DNA from: Hemiscyllium ocellatum
Taxonomy: Eukaryota
NCBI RefSeq assembly: GCF_020745735.1
Contig: NC_083431.1
Location: 38,840,496 to 38,904,495 of the forward strand
Length of the DNA stretch: 64,000 nt
Reading direction: 5' to 3'
Positions 13,881-28,864 of this stretch are shown here, one piece after another. Under the pieces are notes generated by a model. The model made no database searches. It was not told the origin of the DNA and saw nothing but the letters and a program-made list of their open reading frames with translations. A program made the position numbers and the translations under genes. Position 1 is the first letter of the stretch; every line of letters starts with the position of its first letter.

Positions 13881-16800
13881 AAATGACCCGTGAGCCTAGA
13901 TTGTCCAGTCTGCTTAGACCTCCACTTTGTCGAGCTTTATCTAGCATCTTGCCATTTATCTTTTTTAGGGCAAAAATGGAAGATCTCTCATTTGCCTATA
14001 TTGAAATCTTTGTCGATTCATTGAATATATTAATATTCCTCTTTAATTTTATACTTGCATTCATCCTGTGTACAACACAATATTTTCTGTCATTAGCAAA
14101 TATGGATACACAGCCATATATCCATATCAACAAAGTTGTTACTGAATGCAGTGAAACATTTTTTTGTTTTAGAGCGTGCAAGTGATTTATTTAAGTGTGT
14201 GGCACACGTTAGTTTTTTACATGGCAAGTTTGAAGGCAAATGTTATGTGCAGCTGTGTAGAAACATTTAGGTTGCTGCATGTCTGCATATCTTACAGGGA
14301 ACACTGCAATAGTCAGTTCCTACAAACTATCAATCCAGTTCTCCGTCTCCTTTCGTTAAGGCAATTTCCTTAATAGGTCAACAATTTGCCTTAAATTCCA
14401 TGAGTTCTGACTTTGGCTAATGGCCTCTTATGAGGGACTTTATGAATGATTTCTAAAATCCATATGAATAACATCAATCAATATTCTCTTGTCATTTAAT
14501 TCATTCAGCTCTTCAAACAATTTGATCTGATTTGTTAAACATGACTAACCGTTACAGATCTATGCTTGTTTTTTTGTGATCAACTAAAATGCTCACATTA
14601 TTTACTCCCCTTGTTCTTAACCTTTAGACTGCATAAATTTTACCACAGCAGAAATTAAGGTAACTGACCTTTAATGCCCTAGTTATTTTTCTCCCTTTTC
14701 TGAAGTAGCAGACAGCGATGCATGATTTTCCAATCTAAAGGAATAATGTCTGAACCAAAACAACTTTGCAAGCACATAATTAGGACTTCCACAATGTTCT
14801 CATCTACATTTCTTAAAGCCCTGGAATAGAAATGAACCTGGTCTGGGGTATTACAGCTTTATTGCCATTACTTTCTTCATTACTGTTATCTTGATTATGG
14901 TAATTTTGTTCAATTCTTGTTGCGAGAATATATTGATTTTGGAAACTATCCCACTTATACTCCAGAAACGTACTACTTTCTTGACATATACTAGTTTGCT
15001 TTTATAAGAAAAGTTAAAATACTTCATTAAAATCATTCAGTTATAGCAAATGAATCTACGCCCCCGTTCTTTGCAATATACGTTCAAATCATTGAGACGT
15101 CTGCCGTACTGTTATAAGGTCCGCAACAAACCCGTCAAAACTTGCGATCTTCCCAACATAGATGTTCCTATTACGCTTCTTCTTTACCTCCTCCTCCATC
15201 CTCGCTGGTTAGAATTCCGACTTTTTTCTGACAAGTCTTTTATCCTCATTCTCACATGGAACAAGTGCATTGTACCCCTTGGATATGATCACTTTTTCTG
15301 TTTCCCGATTTCTAATTCAACTAGATTCCCTTACTCTATATGCTATTAACAACATCAACACCAGCATGTACCTGTACCTTTTAAGAGGTGGGACTGAAGT
15401 TTGGAGAAAACTATCCCTAAATTCTGTGTTGAAATGAATGCACTTCACACAGCAGTTTAGTGAGCTGGACAGATTTGAGACAGATTCATCTACTGGAAAT
15501 ATTCACTTGAGGTAGTCTTGCTATCTACAAATTTCCACATTCTGCAATGCAAATACACAATCTACCATATGTTATGCATAGCATTTATATTATTCATAAC
15601 TACTGTAAGTTTATAATCTAAGTTCTTGTTTTTTTGTTTGAATTAACAAAAACTATATGCTTCAGAGAAATTAACCTATAGCAGAGAAGGAAGCTATTTA
15701 GCCCATTGTGTCTGTACTAATTCTTTGAAAGCTCAGTCATGATTCGTCCCACTGCCTTGCTGTTTGTCTGTAAATTTGTATGTTTTCCAAATATATCTGA
15801 GATCAGTTTCCATCAGTTTTTTTCTGGCACAATGTTCCATATTCCAGCAATTCAGCTCTTGAGTAGAGAGACAAATCGTCATCTTTTCTATAAATAATTT
15901 AGTCATGATAATGAATTCATGACTTCTAGTTATCGAACAACTTGCTGGAAAAACTAGTTTTGCTCTACCTGCTTTGTTAAAAGCCTGACATCTTGAAAAC
16001 CTCTGATGTCACCTTTTTCATGTATCTGCCCATGGGAGACAGTACTGTATTAGCATTTTCAATCTCTCTTCAGAACTGAAGTCCTTCAACATTGATAACA
16101 TCCTGATAAACTTTATTTGTACTCTTTTTCTAATGCCTTTACATTATTACAAGCATCCACACTTCTTTAGCTGAGGCTTGAACAGCATTTTCTAACGTTC
16201 TAAACTAATCTGTGTTTTTGTGCTTTAATCCTTTATTTATAAATCCCAGTAACCTATATGCTTTTGAAATACCGTATCAAGTTGCCCTGCCAATATGTCA
16301 GAATTGATGTATTTTAACACCAAGATCTCTCTGCTCAATTATACTATTCACCAATGTGTTAAATATTCTGTAGTGACTTTCCATATTTATTATCTGTGTG
16401 CATTGCTTTATATGCCTTCATATTTAACTCATTTCATTCTAAGTCATTCTGCAGTCTATTAACTATTCTTGTCATAATCTACTTTAGCAAATAATATATA
16501 AACTTAATGCTGCTCCCTGTATCAGAATCTAGGTAATTTGTATAGATTGCAAAGCATAATAATTCCACTTATTATGTGGAATATAATAATACCACATCAT
16601 TATATTGTATAATATAGTACCACTTATTATTATACTAAAATAATATTTTATATATATATATATTATTATATATTATATAATCTATAATATTGCCTGCAAG
16701 ACAAAGGTTTTCACTGTGCATCGGTACACGAATAAATTCAATTCAATTCAATTCAAAATTAGCAATCTTCAAGATTGAAATAATGTGACCAATTCCTCCA

Positions 16801-18225
16801 CTTTTTTTGTTTGCTTCTTTTTACAACCTAGCACACACTCCATCTGGATCAAGAGACAAATCAATTTCCAGTCATTCAAATTTTTTTGTCATATCTTTGC
16901 TATTTATTATTACCTATTCATAATTTCATGCTAACAAAAATATAAATAGCTGGAACATCACATCAGGTCTGGCAACATCTGTGGGGAGAAAGCAGAGTTA
17001 AGGTTTTAAATCCAGTGACCCTTCTTCAGAACCATTCAACCAGCATCTGCAGTTCATTTGGTTTTTCACAATTTCCTACTTTTTCTTTTTGAGTTTACCA
17101 CCACAACAACCACTCCTTTGTGAAAGTACGTGAAAAGCATGCACTTAATACTTTTACAATGCTACTTGACTCTACGTGAAGACTTACTTTTGGTCTCTAA
17201 TACGACCAAAGCTAACCGCTTTTACTTTCTATGACATTTTTGGAAACAAACCCAAATTTTAAAAGATACAAGTTCTCTATTGAGGCATGTGTCTCTTTTT
17301 ATACACTTAATTAACATATTTGAACAGGATTTTTTTTTAATGGCATACCTTCATGGCAGCGGAACCTGAACTCAGAAGTTCTGGTCTAGAGAGACATTAC
17401 AACTGTGCCATAGACCCCTATAAAGTAATAGTTCAGGCAATTGAATTCTTCATCCAGTAACATTACCACTATGATGTTGGTCCTGTAAATAGCTACTTGA
17501 TGCTCTATTTTAAATGTAACCAGCGCAGACATGCTTTGACACACCTTTTGGAGCAGGTAGGACTTGAGCTTTCAGACCCACAGGTACGGACACACCACCT
17601 CGAGAATCTTACAAAGTTTTCGACCTGGCCTTTGGATTACTAGTCTAGTAACAATACTATTATGATTCAATTTCTGGAAATGGCTGCTTCATACTTTTTA
17701 AATAAACATTTAACTAAAATCAATTAAACCTGATTAAAAGTTAACAGCCCTCTAAAGGGACACTATAACAAAAATCAAATGCTCAAAGCAAATTTAAAAC
17801 GTAAATTTCAATGTAATTACATGTCAAGATTATGCACTCCGGTCCCTGTGGTTCTTACAGTTTATATCCTAATAGAATGATTTTTGGTTTAATTTAATTT
17901 TGCTTGCTAATCTTTTCTCATAATGCTTTTGCCTCCCTTATAAACGTTTCATTTCTCTTCTGTACTTTCCATGATGTTTCTGGTTAATAATTGAATTTTG
18001 CTCCTTACATTTGTAGAAGTCTCCTATTTCTATTTCATTTCGATTTTTGTTTCTTTTCATCGTCAGAATGGACAAACTGTGGATGCTGTACCTTCTCCTT
18101 TCAAAGGAATATGCATGGTTTTAACTTGGACTAGCTTTCCTTGTCCATTTTCCATTGCCCCCCCCCCAGGAATAATAGAGAAAGATAAAGAGATGGGAGA
18201 CACACACTAATATGGATTAATATTA

Positions 18226-19239
18226 CAGAACAACCTTGGTTATCTGAACATTGGCCAATCTGAAATTCAGATAATCTAACCATTGAATTGAATTTATTAT
18301 CACATGTCACACTCGGGCATGGTGAAAAGCTTTGTATTTCGAGAAATACAGGCAGATCACAGAGGCTCACCAATACTTATTCTCCACGAGGACAAAGGTT
18401 TGTGAATGTGAACACACAAGAACAACATAGATGCAAGCCCAAGCTGTGCGCTGTAACAACAAGATTCCCCCTCAACATTGACTTGCTCCGTTTTGAAAAC
18501 CCAATAATTATTTTTTCCTCAGCTCATTCTCTAGAGAGCTAAATCGAAAACTGCACTCGCACTTTTAGTTTCCAATGTTTTTTTTCTCCCGTTATCCCAT
18601 GATGACTATTTTTTTCCAAACAAAAAAAGTTCAATATCTTTCAGCTGACAAGAAAATTTAACGTAACCTTTTTTGATAGGGAGAGCAAATTGTAGTGAGT
18701 TATCTCACGTGAAAATAATCACAAGGAAAACTTGATGGGACGAAACACAAGGAAAACATTACTGCCCCCCCCTAAAAAAAATTAATGAGTGGATGGAAGC
18801 TGAAGTCAGTGAAAAAAACTTTCCCTCTCTCTCAAGCTTTCCTTGTATTTTGCACCTGTCTCTCTCTCAAAGGTCTCGGCAGTCGCTGAGGAACAAGGGA
18901 CAACACTTGGTTAGTCTGGGCAGTGGAATGACACAACAGAAAGATGCGGCTGGTATTGAGGACTGGGATAAAACCGACGGAAATATCAGCGAAAGCTTTC
19001 ATAGACTTCAGTCATACTCTAGTCAAAATGTGATTTTATTTGTAAACTATAATGAATTTTTAACCCACTATCCAGTGGTTTTATTGATTGAAAGAAATAA
19101 AAATCTGTAAACATGTTTTTTTACGTAATTATGTTCAATATGGCTTCCTTTGTTCGGATAACTGATTTGATCGTAAGCAATCAGTTATCCAAACAAAATA
19201 CTCCCTGCCCGTCTCATTTGGATAATTGAGGTTGTTCTG
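18226..19239. mobile_element. Non-autonomous Tc1/mariner (Tigger/pogo-like) DNA transposon remnant
   Basis: Imperfect TIRs TA|CAGAACAACCTTGGTTATCTGAA ... TTGGATAATTGAGGTTGTTCTG. The right TA TSD appears mutated. No transposase ORF. Confidence 0.55.
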
Positions 19240-19571
19240 TTTCATGTAAAACATAAATAATTTGCTCACTAATCCTGGAAATAATCCTATTTAGCTTTCA
19301 GTGTGTGTGTGAGAGATAGAGATAGAGAGCTGTTGCATTGTTGGAAGTATATGTTAAGCTTAAAACAATGAGGAAGAGGTGGAGAAATGCTGCAAATTTC
19401 AAAGGTATTTAACAAAAATAGGGTGGTAATATTCAAAAGTTTATTTATTATAATGTAAAGTGAGGAAAATTATAATATTAAAATAGCGAAGAAGAATTTT
19501 TGCAATCAATGACTTTAATCTGACAAGAAACGAAGTGGAGTAAATGGTATAAGAGATCATTTGCCCAGTAA

Positions 19572-19915
19572 TGGACAAGATAATCAGAGGGTTAGTTAGG
19601 GTGGACAGAGAGAGCCTTTTTCCAAATATAGGGACAGCAAACACGAGGGGACACAACTTTAAAGTAAGGGGAGATAGGTATAAGACAGATGTCAGAGGAA
19701 GTTTCTTTACTCAGGGTAGTAAGGGTATGGACTGCTTTGCCTGCATTGGTAGTAGATTCACCAAGTTTAAGAGCACTTAAGTCGTCATTGGACAGGCATA
19801 TGGACGTACATGGAATAGTGTAGGTGGGATGGGCTTCGGATTAGTATGACAGGGCGGCACAACATCAAGGGCCGAAGGGCCTGTACTGCGCTGTAATGTT
19901 CTATGTTCTATATGT
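19572..19915 (+). mobile_element. CR1-group LINE 3' end with (TGTTCTA)n tail
   Basis: Peptide KIIRGLVRVDRESLFP...TRGHNFKVRG (19571..19780) and a short tandem-repeat tail. Confidence 0.8.
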
Positions 19916-20829
19916 TCAACATAATTCCTTTTAAACAACTGTGGAAATAGACCAGAAGACTTTGAATTTGAGAAATATTCACAGCTAATTTGAGAGATAT
20001 AAGAGGAGATGGGTACAGGTGAATTAGTAAAGATGATTCCAGCGTAAAACAAGAATGTGAAAAATCCCTCTGACCTTGATTAAACCAGGTCTCTGTTCAT
20101 GCAACCACATCATAATCACAGTTACCAATTTGTGCCAAATATCACTGTTATTAATGAAACTAATTTCTTTAATTCCAATGCAGCATAAAATATCAATTTT
20201 CAATTTGAGTATATTGCAGGTTAATTTTAAAAAGTTATATGAAGGATATTAAGTGTTATGGTCTTGAAGCAATTTGGCACCATATACATTACTTCTGTTG
20301 GGGTTGTCCATGGCAAACTGGAAGCTAGACTGCTGATCCTTGTTACAGCGAAATCATGTTTTTGTTTAACCCTTTAAGGTAGCATGACATAATTGCTGTA
20401 AATATATAGTGAACTAAGGTCAATATAAATTATATTGATTTTTGTTTTGGCAGATTGCCAGTAGTCATAAATTTCTGACCCCGGTCAGTTTGTAAACTTT
20501 CTTCAGCAACTACAGTCAACATGAGCGTGATGTGACTAGCATGTTTTTTTTGTACATATTTTTAATGTACTTGTGCTGCAATTTGTTGATATTTTACCCA
20601 ATGTGACAGATTCTGACAATGTGCATCAGTTAATAGAAATTTTAAACCTTAGAATTTAAGTTTTTATGATAGAAGCTTTTTGTGACTATTGTGACCACTG
20701 CCATGTGCTGTTTACATTTCTAACAGTCACCAACAAAGACTGTATCTTTATTAGTCTGTGTGGATTCGCGTGACGTTTATTTGAACTTTAAGTCTCAAGT
20801 CTCCTAAAAATTCAGCTCATTGACAGTGA

Positions 20830-20970
<141 letters not shown>

Positions 20971-21622
20971 TAAATTGTATATTTTTTTCTTGTCTGTAAT
21001 GTAATATCATGGATTTGGTCCTACAACACAAAACAGCCTGACTTTAAAACTAAATACCAGATATTGATGTTGGAGCTATATTACATTGCTGATGTAAGGA
21101 AGTTTTAATTAGATAAGCAGAAAAATGTTCAAATTTTTAACAGAAAAAGCGTAAGTTGCACTAACTTGTTTTATCACAACTCCTGAGTTAGAGGAAAGGA
21201 AAATATTTCACCATGTAAGTATAACTGATATTGCCAACCAAAGTTTTCCGTTTCTTCTGTTTATAAACTTTGGGAAAGTGTGAAATTTGCCCTGATAAGT
21301 GCAAGATGTAGCTTTGAAAGCATTTCTTTGTTCAGCAATATTGCAGTTCAGATCAATCAGGCTTCTCTCAGTATTTTCTCAAGATCAGTCATGATAATAC
21401 ACCATGTCTGTTCCACTTAAAACAAAAACAGATTACAATCAGACAAAGTCAACATGGTTTTGTTAAAGGGAATTATGAGTAATAAATTTATTAGATTTTT
21501 TTGAGAACGTAACAAGCTTTGGCAAAAGTGCTTGGTGATTCCAGCAGTCACTTAAGAAACAAATGCTGTAATTGATAATTGACAGTCAATTAACTTTTTG
21601 ATTTTTCTCCTTCTTTCCAAAG

Positions 21623-21652
21623 GATATCCGAGCTCCCCGAATGACTCAATTG
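21623..21652 (+). CDS. BCL7B: Candidate 30-nt in-frame microexon of BCL7B (DIRAPRMTQL)
   Basis: Long pyrimidine tract + AAG acceptor, TTG|GTAAGT donor, phase 0-0 matching the host intron, no stop codon. Confidence 0.55.
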
Positions 21653-21721
21653 GTAAGTTTTTTTTTGTTTTTATTTATTTTTTTCACAAAACATGGCTGG
21701 TTCAGCATTTATTGTCCAACC

Positions 21722-22562
21722 CATGTAGAGTCATAAAGATGTACAGCACGGAAACAGACTCTTTGGTCCAACTCGTCTGTGCCGACCAGATATTCCAACC
21801 TAACCTTGTCCCATTTGCCAGCACTTGGCCCATATCCCTCTAAACCCTTCCTATTCATCTACCCATCCAGATGCCTTTTAAATGCTGTAATTGTACCAGC
21901 ATCAACCACTTCCTCTGGCAGCTTATTCCATACATACACTGCCCTCTGCCTGAAAAAGTTGCCCCTTAGATCCCTTTTATATTTTTCCCCTCTCACCCTA
22001 AACCTATGCCCTCTAGTTCTGGGCGCTCTCATCCCAGGGAAAAGACTTTGTCTATTTATCCTATCTACGTCCCTCGAGATTTTATAAACCTCTGTAAGGT
22101 TGCCCCTCAGCCTTCTATGCTCCAGGGAAACAGCACCAGCCTATTCAGCCTCTCCCTGTAGCTCAAATCCTCCAACCCTGGCAACATCCTTGTAAATCTT
22201 TTCTGAATCCTTTCAAATTTCACAACATCCATCCAATAGGAAGCAGACCAGAATTGAATGCAATATTCCAAAAGTGGCCTAATCAACATCCTGTACAGCC
22301 GCAACATGACCTCCCAACTCCTATACTCAATACTCTTATCAATAAAGGAAAGCATACCAAACGCTGCCTTCACTATCCTATCTACTTGCGACTTTACTTT
22401 CAAGGAGCTATGAACCTGAACTCCCAGATCTTTGTTCAGCAACACTACCTACGACCTTACCATTCAGTGTATAAGTCCTGCTAAGATTTGTTTTCCCAAA
22501 ATGCAGCACTTTGTATTTATCTAAATTAAACTTCATCTGCCACTCCTTAGTCCATTGGCCCA
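21722..22562 (-). mobile_element. CR1-group (HER1-like) LINE 3' fragment
   Basis: RT C-terminus DLGVQVHSSLKV...LIRPLLEYCIQFWS (22107..22445). Confidence 0.9.
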
Positions 22563-23524
22563 CTTGACAAAGGATGGTGGTAAAGCACCGTCTTGAAATG
22601 CTACAGTCCATGTGCTGTGGGTGCATGCACAGTGCAGTTAAGAAGCGACTTCCAGGACCTTTTCAATAGTGAAGGAACAGCAATATATTTCCAAGTCAGG
22701 TTGGTGTGTGTCTTGGGAGGGGAGCTTGCAGATGGTGGTTCTCCCTTGTCCTTTTAGATGACAGACATTGCAGGTTTGAAAGGTATGATTGAAGTAGTCT
22801 GGGTGAGTTGCAGCAATGAATCTTGTAGCTGTCATTCACTGCTGCAGTGGTTGTAAAGGGAGTAAATGTTGAAGGTTATTCTTGGAGTGCTAGTCATGCA
22901 AGCAGTTTGTCCTGGATGATGTCAAGCTGCTTAGATTTTGTGGAATTGGCATTGGTCATTGTGTGGCTTGAATATTGCTTTCCACTTATTAGACCAGGTC
23001 TGGATGTTGTTCAGATCTTTCTTATCTGGATATGAACAACTTCAGTATCTGAGGAGTGCTGTTATCCCAAGTGATATTATTATTGGATAGGTCAGATCCC
23101 AAAATGAAAACTGGCTTGATGAATTTTTAATTTAATTTAATGTGGTGGTCTTTTACTCAGACATAAGCACCCCGAATCATAGATTTAACAGTAAAATAGT
23201 TATTCATTGTACAAAAGAAATAAAAATAAAATAAACCGAGCTATCTGCATTTAATTTGAAAAATATCAAAACATATACTGAAACAAAATCCCATCTACTC
23301 CCCAACACAAAACTTCATAGTCACTAAAACAAACAGGTAAATATCCATTCTGTATCAGACCTGTAGGTTTGAATTAACTGCTTCTTCCTTTGACATTTAC
23401 AGCTGAGATCTTGGACTTGCTCAGCTTTGAATAGCCAGTTCATGTTCCTAACCAAATATTCCTAAACTGGAATTTTCACAAACTACAGTGTCACTGAGAT
23501 AAATTATTTCCTTCACTGCACTGA

Positions 23525-23871
23525 ATCATAGAAACCATACAGTGCAGAAAAAGGCCATTTGGCCCATTTGAGTCTGCACTAATGCTCTGAAGAGCATCCA
23601 CCCAGATGTAGCACCTCACCCTGTCTCCATAACTCCGCATTTACCATGGGCTAAACCACCTAGCCATGGACACAATGAGGCAATTTGGCATGGCCAGTCC
23701 ATCTAACCTGTACATCTTTGAACAATGGAAGAAAACTGGAGCACCTGGTGAAAACCCATGCAGACACTGGGGAGAATGTGCAAACTCCACACAGTCACCC
23801 AAGGCTAAAGTATAACCTGGGTTCCTGGCACTGTGAGGCAGCTGTGCTAACCTCTGAGCCATAGTGCTGCC
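23525..23871 (-). mobile_element. HE1/V-SINE-type SINE, diverged
   Basis: Head, core and tail similarity to the other copies. Confidence 0.8.
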
Positions 23872-26465
23872 ACTGAGCAGTTGCCACTGTGGCAACTGAC
23901 ACCCGAGCTCCAAATCTTTACGCAAGCCTTGAACATCTCCGTTTTCTAGGAGAGACAACTTGTATCTGACTTAAGTCAAGTCCCCTTTGAACTTCGCCCA
24001 AAAGCATTTGAAATAAACTTGTAAAAAGCTTGCTTATTCCAGACAATGATAAGCTAATGACTTAATGTTTCCTCTCTCTGGCCATAAATCCCAAAGTATA
24101 AACAAACTTTCATCAACACTGCAGGAGGTGCTTACTGGTTTACATATTATGGTTCTGGAAAAACCACCTAGTTAATTTTTAAACCTCTTCACAAACATAG
24201 ACCATCATCCATATGCCACCAGTTTTAACTGCAAGCCTTACCCCTCTATCTCATTAACAAGATCTTTCTCTATCTCCAACAAGGCTTGGAGAAACTGCAT
24301 TATTCTTGTGTAAATTCCACTCATTTCACCTCCCCATTAATAGTCATGCCTTCAGCCGTTCCACCGATATCATTAAAAATTCACAGCATGAGAAATGAAT
24401 ATTCGGTCCTTTATGTCTTCACTGGAGCTCAGAGAGCTTTCCAGCCTTATTCCACATTCTGACTCTTGGTCTCTAGCCTTGTAACTGCAGTACTTCAAGA
24501 GCTAAACTCAATGCTTTTTAAATGCATTGAACATTTCTGCCTCTACCTTGCTTGCAAGCAATATGTTTCACTTCCCACCATTCTCCGTACGAAAACATTT
24601 CCCCTTGAATATTCTCTACATCTCGTACTTATTATCTTTAAATCTATGCTACTCTGGTGTTGCCCTTTCAACCAAGGGATTAAGGTAGTTAGAGCACTCA
24701 TCATAATTTTATGCACTTCAGTTTCCACTGTTCCAAGGAGACTAGCCAATGATCAAACTATCCAGTCTTTCCTCATAAAATTCTCCAGTCTAGACAATAT
24801 ATTTGACAATATCCTTTGTGGCTTTTCTCATGCCATAACCAGAACTGCATGCTGTATGTCATTTGTGGCGCAATCTGCATTTCTACAAATCTAGCATAAT
24901 CTCCCTACTTTTATTTTCTATATCTTATATGCTATTCAGGCAATAATGCCATATACCTTCTACACTATGTCATTATCTGTCAGGTCAGCTTTGGGGATCA
25001 GTGGACATATATTTATTCTGTTCTTCTAGATCTCTTGGTATTATACTAGTCATTGTGTGTTCCCTTGTCTTTTAAACTTTTCCAAATGCATTAACCAACA
25101 TTTTCTGAATTGAACTCCGTTTTCCATTGTGTTTTTTCAAGCTGACTAGTCCATTGACATCCTCCTGTAGTCAGCAATTTTCTTCTTCTTTAATACAATT
25201 GCCCATGTAGTTGTATCATCTGCAAATTTCATTATACCACCTGTATTCAAATCCAAATAAATGATACAAGTACAAAAACAAGGAATACAGTACTGAACCC
25301 AGTGGGAGCCTACTGGAAACAGGCTTCTAGTCTGAAAATTCCATTGATCATTATCCTTTCCTTAATAACTCTGAATAACTCACAATGGTTCCAGCTTGTC
25401 ACTTCATCTTGAATTCCATGCATCTTACTTCTGTAGCCAGTCTGACATGTGGGATCTTATCAAAAGCTTCACTAAAATCCATCTGTATCACATTCAATAC
25501 ACTAATCCCATGACTATCCTCATTACCTTGTCAAAAAATTCAATCATCTTAGTAAGACACAACTTTCCAAAAAGAAATCCATGCTTACTAATGGTCAGGA
25601 AGGCATATGGCATACTTGCCTTCAATGGTCTTTGTTTAATCTACTGCCTTTCTGAAGATAAATTAAGATTTATACTATCCCTTAGAACTTTCCCAATAAT
25701 TATCCCATCTCTCTTATAGGTTTAGAAAATATATTTTTCCTGGATTTTACTCGACAATATTTTGAGTTTTAATTGTTTTTCTAGTTTCCTGTTAATTTCA
25801 CACTTTACGACTTATAGGTTTCCCGCGGTACCTGTATTAAGCCCTCATTATCAGTAATTAGCTTTCATTTTTCTCTTTATCTTCTTCTTTAAGGTCCATG
25901 ACAGGCAAGGTTCTCTGAATTTGTTTGTCACACCCTTTATCTTTAATGGAAATTCTTGCCATGAAATCTCACTATCTCTTGTTGAATGCCTTCCACTGAT
26001 TTGTCACTGCCTCACTTTCAAGTAACTGTCTTTTCAGGTTTAGCCACATCAAAACTCATTTGGTCCCAAATGCCAGAATTTCTTCCTAAAAGCCCTCCAG
26101 TTTTTTGCCTCTTCTACCTCTTTTAGGACACTCCTTGAAACTTCTTTGACTGAGCTTTTAGTCACCTTTTCTGATAATTTATTCATTAGTTCGACAATTT
26201 TTAAAATTTCCTTTTATTAAACTCCTCAAGTGCCTTGGGAAAATGCTGTATAAATGTAAGTTACTGTTGTTAAATGAGGGCTGAAGGTTACTGTCATTGC
26301 TTTGATACCTTTGTCTTATTAAAGAGCAATTGAAGAAACAGCTTTTAATTGATTAAGCATCTGATTACTTGATCTGAACTATCAACATCCTTTCTCCGAA
26401 GCGCACTTTTCCACCCCCCGCCACTCAACTATTACATAAATGCTGCCCCCTTCACATTTCACGTC

Positions 26466-26565
26466 GGTTCTGATGAAGAGTCATTTAGACGCAAAACGTT
26501 GGCCTGCTTTTTCTCCATTGATGCTGTCTGACCCACTGTAATCTACAGCATTTTGTTTTCAGTGC
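26466..26565 (+). mobile_element. PLE pLTR remnant with a degenerate hammerhead (26470-26500)
   Basis: CTGATGA-AGAGTC-ATTTA-GACGC-AAAA-CGTT followed by a GATGCTG..TGACC pLTR-like end. Confidence 0.55.
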
Positions 26566-27384
26566 AGAAATTAAGTGTTTCATTTAGTTTGTCCCTGCCT
26601 CTTTGCACCGCATTTGTAAAGAAAAGTCTGTTGTAATTATGATGTGCCATCAACTCAAAATTCTTTTTACTGTGGGGATAATTACACATTGGGATAATAT
26701 GGTATTAACCGACTGTATGCTCTATTGATATTTAGTAGAGGTATACCAGGGATGGAAGTGGAAGGGTCAAAAGGTGGATCAAGGCAGAGGGGTGAAGTAT
26801 TTATTGGAATTACTTCCATCAGTCTTCTGTGGACTGAATGTAATAATAAGTTAACTGGAATTACTTCCAAATACATTTCTAGTGGAAAAATGTGCAAGGT
26901 TCAATTTCTGTACGGAAGGAAGAATGAAGAATGAGTTTAAAAAATGTTTTGCTTTACTCTGCAATCTGTTTCCTTTCTTTTGATGCATCCTCTCTGTTCC
27001 ACTTAAAACAAAATAAGGGTCCAGTCTGACAGAGTCAACATGGTTTTGTTTAAGGGAATCATGACTAATAAATGTATTGGAGTTCTTTAAGGATGTAACA
27101 AGCTGTGGTAAAAGTGCTGAAGAGATCAGAGCCTTGACAAAATACAATCTGTATCAATAATCCAAACAGGGAAACCTCCTGTGTTATAATCAAATTTGCT
27201 ACTGAGTAAAGAACGTTGTGATGAGGATGCAAAAAGTCTGCAAAGGTATATAAGTAGAGTGGGCAAAAATTTGGCAGCTGGATTATGATAAAAGGAGATG
27301 TGAGATTGTCCACTTCGTCAAATGAATAGTAAAATAGTGGGCTCGAGGGACCAACTGGTCTACTCCTATTTCTTAACTCCTTAG

Positions 27385-27499
27385 GACAAAGCAAAATCGA
27401 AGAACAGTCTTGAAACAAAAAGTACAAAGGGAGACAAAGGCTTCCAGCTCCTGCCTGTGTCAGATAACAGCTCTTCCCCCATCCTCCTGGAACTGAATG
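27385..27499 (+). CDS. BCL7B: BCL7B coding exon 3
   Basis: DKAKSKNSLETKSTKGDKGFQLLPVSDNSSSPILLELN. ttag acceptor, GTAAGT donor, 115 nt, phase 0 to 1, joins exon 4 in frame. Confidence 0.88.
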
Positions 27500-28864
27500 G
27501 TAAGTATGTTTAAAATGTTAGTACTTGATGCTCTGAGATGATCTTTGCACGCACTGTTCGATTTGATTTGATTCATTTTCTTCAGCTATGAGCAATGTTG
27601 GAGAGTTGGATATCGTTGTTCTGGGAAAGTAATGCTAAGTGGGTCTCTTGAAAAGTTTATTTAATTTTTGTTTACAATTAAGTAGCTTGTAAAATAAGTT
27701 CAAAGGGCTTCAAGAATCACACTAGAAGTAGAGGACTGGAGTCACATGTAGGTCAGACCTTTTCCTGAAGCTAGTTACACTTTTCAAATCTATATTTTCT
27801 CTAATTGTCATTCCACATATTACCAAATCTTTGGCTATTAAATTTCCTAACTTGCCTAGTGGAATTTGAGATGCTAATCTAGTTCAGTATCGTAGTAATA
27901 ATCCCACTAATTTACCATTAATGCTGAATGATAATGAACTGTGGAAACAAAATCTTACCATTTGATATTTTCATGTGCAATTCCACATTAAAATAGAACA
28001 ATAATTTTGTTGTTAGCTTAAATATCACCAAATTATTATAAGAACATTAACATTTCTGTCAGAAATGCTCTTTGTGACAACCTTAATTCATCATCTCCAA
28101 ATCCTACATGTGACCAGCAAAACATCATCTTTAGTATTAAATGATTGAAAAGACATTGCCCAAATTTTGAAAAAAAATATGAATAGTTTTTCTGAAATTT
28201 CATAGAGTGAAAGTATCGTGAAACTTCACTGAAGCTAAATGTCAACACTAATTTAAAGGAATGGCTTCGGGCATCTGTGGTGCAAGAAGCAGCATCCTTA
28301 TCTTGAGCCAGGAGTTACGAATGAACCCACACTTATAATTACACCCTCCTTATCTAGCAAATCCTAAGAAGGCAATCAGATTGGAAACCTGCAAATTCCT
28401 CCAACATACCACAATGGCAGATGGTAAGAGTGGGAGAGATTCCTGACATCCTTGTGATAGAAAGAATGTTGGGGCCTCTACCATCATTATCCATAGCTCC
28501 AGAATACAACATGCATGTTGCTGCAGCAACTCTAATGCTGTGAGTAGATAGTGACATACCACCACCATAGGAGGGAAGCTGAGGAATAAGTGCATGATTT
28601 ATAACAGAAAATAGAAAATATGAAATGTTTAATCTCCAATGCAAGTGGTGCAATGATCTTTGTTATGCTGACTACAAAGTAAATACTAGTAAATTGACTG
28701 TTATTTTGAAAAAGTAACACAATGAGAAAATGTGAGTAAATGCTCAGTCCAAGATGTAATTCTTGATCGGTATCTAGTTATGTGGGATCAGTGGTGTCAA
28801 AATTAAAACCTGTATTTGGTCAAAGTTTTGAACTAATGAAAAATAAGCGTTTGGCAGGAGTATT

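Noticed and set aside
16560-16760. AT-rich and (ATTCA)n repeats as a regular array
   Set aside because: Low-complexity tract and a retroelement tail, with no repeat-spacer structure.
23060-24180. Possible solo LTR (related sequence near 47690-48270)
   Set aside because: Starts with TGTTA and interrupts a LINE, but I could not define the end or a TSD.
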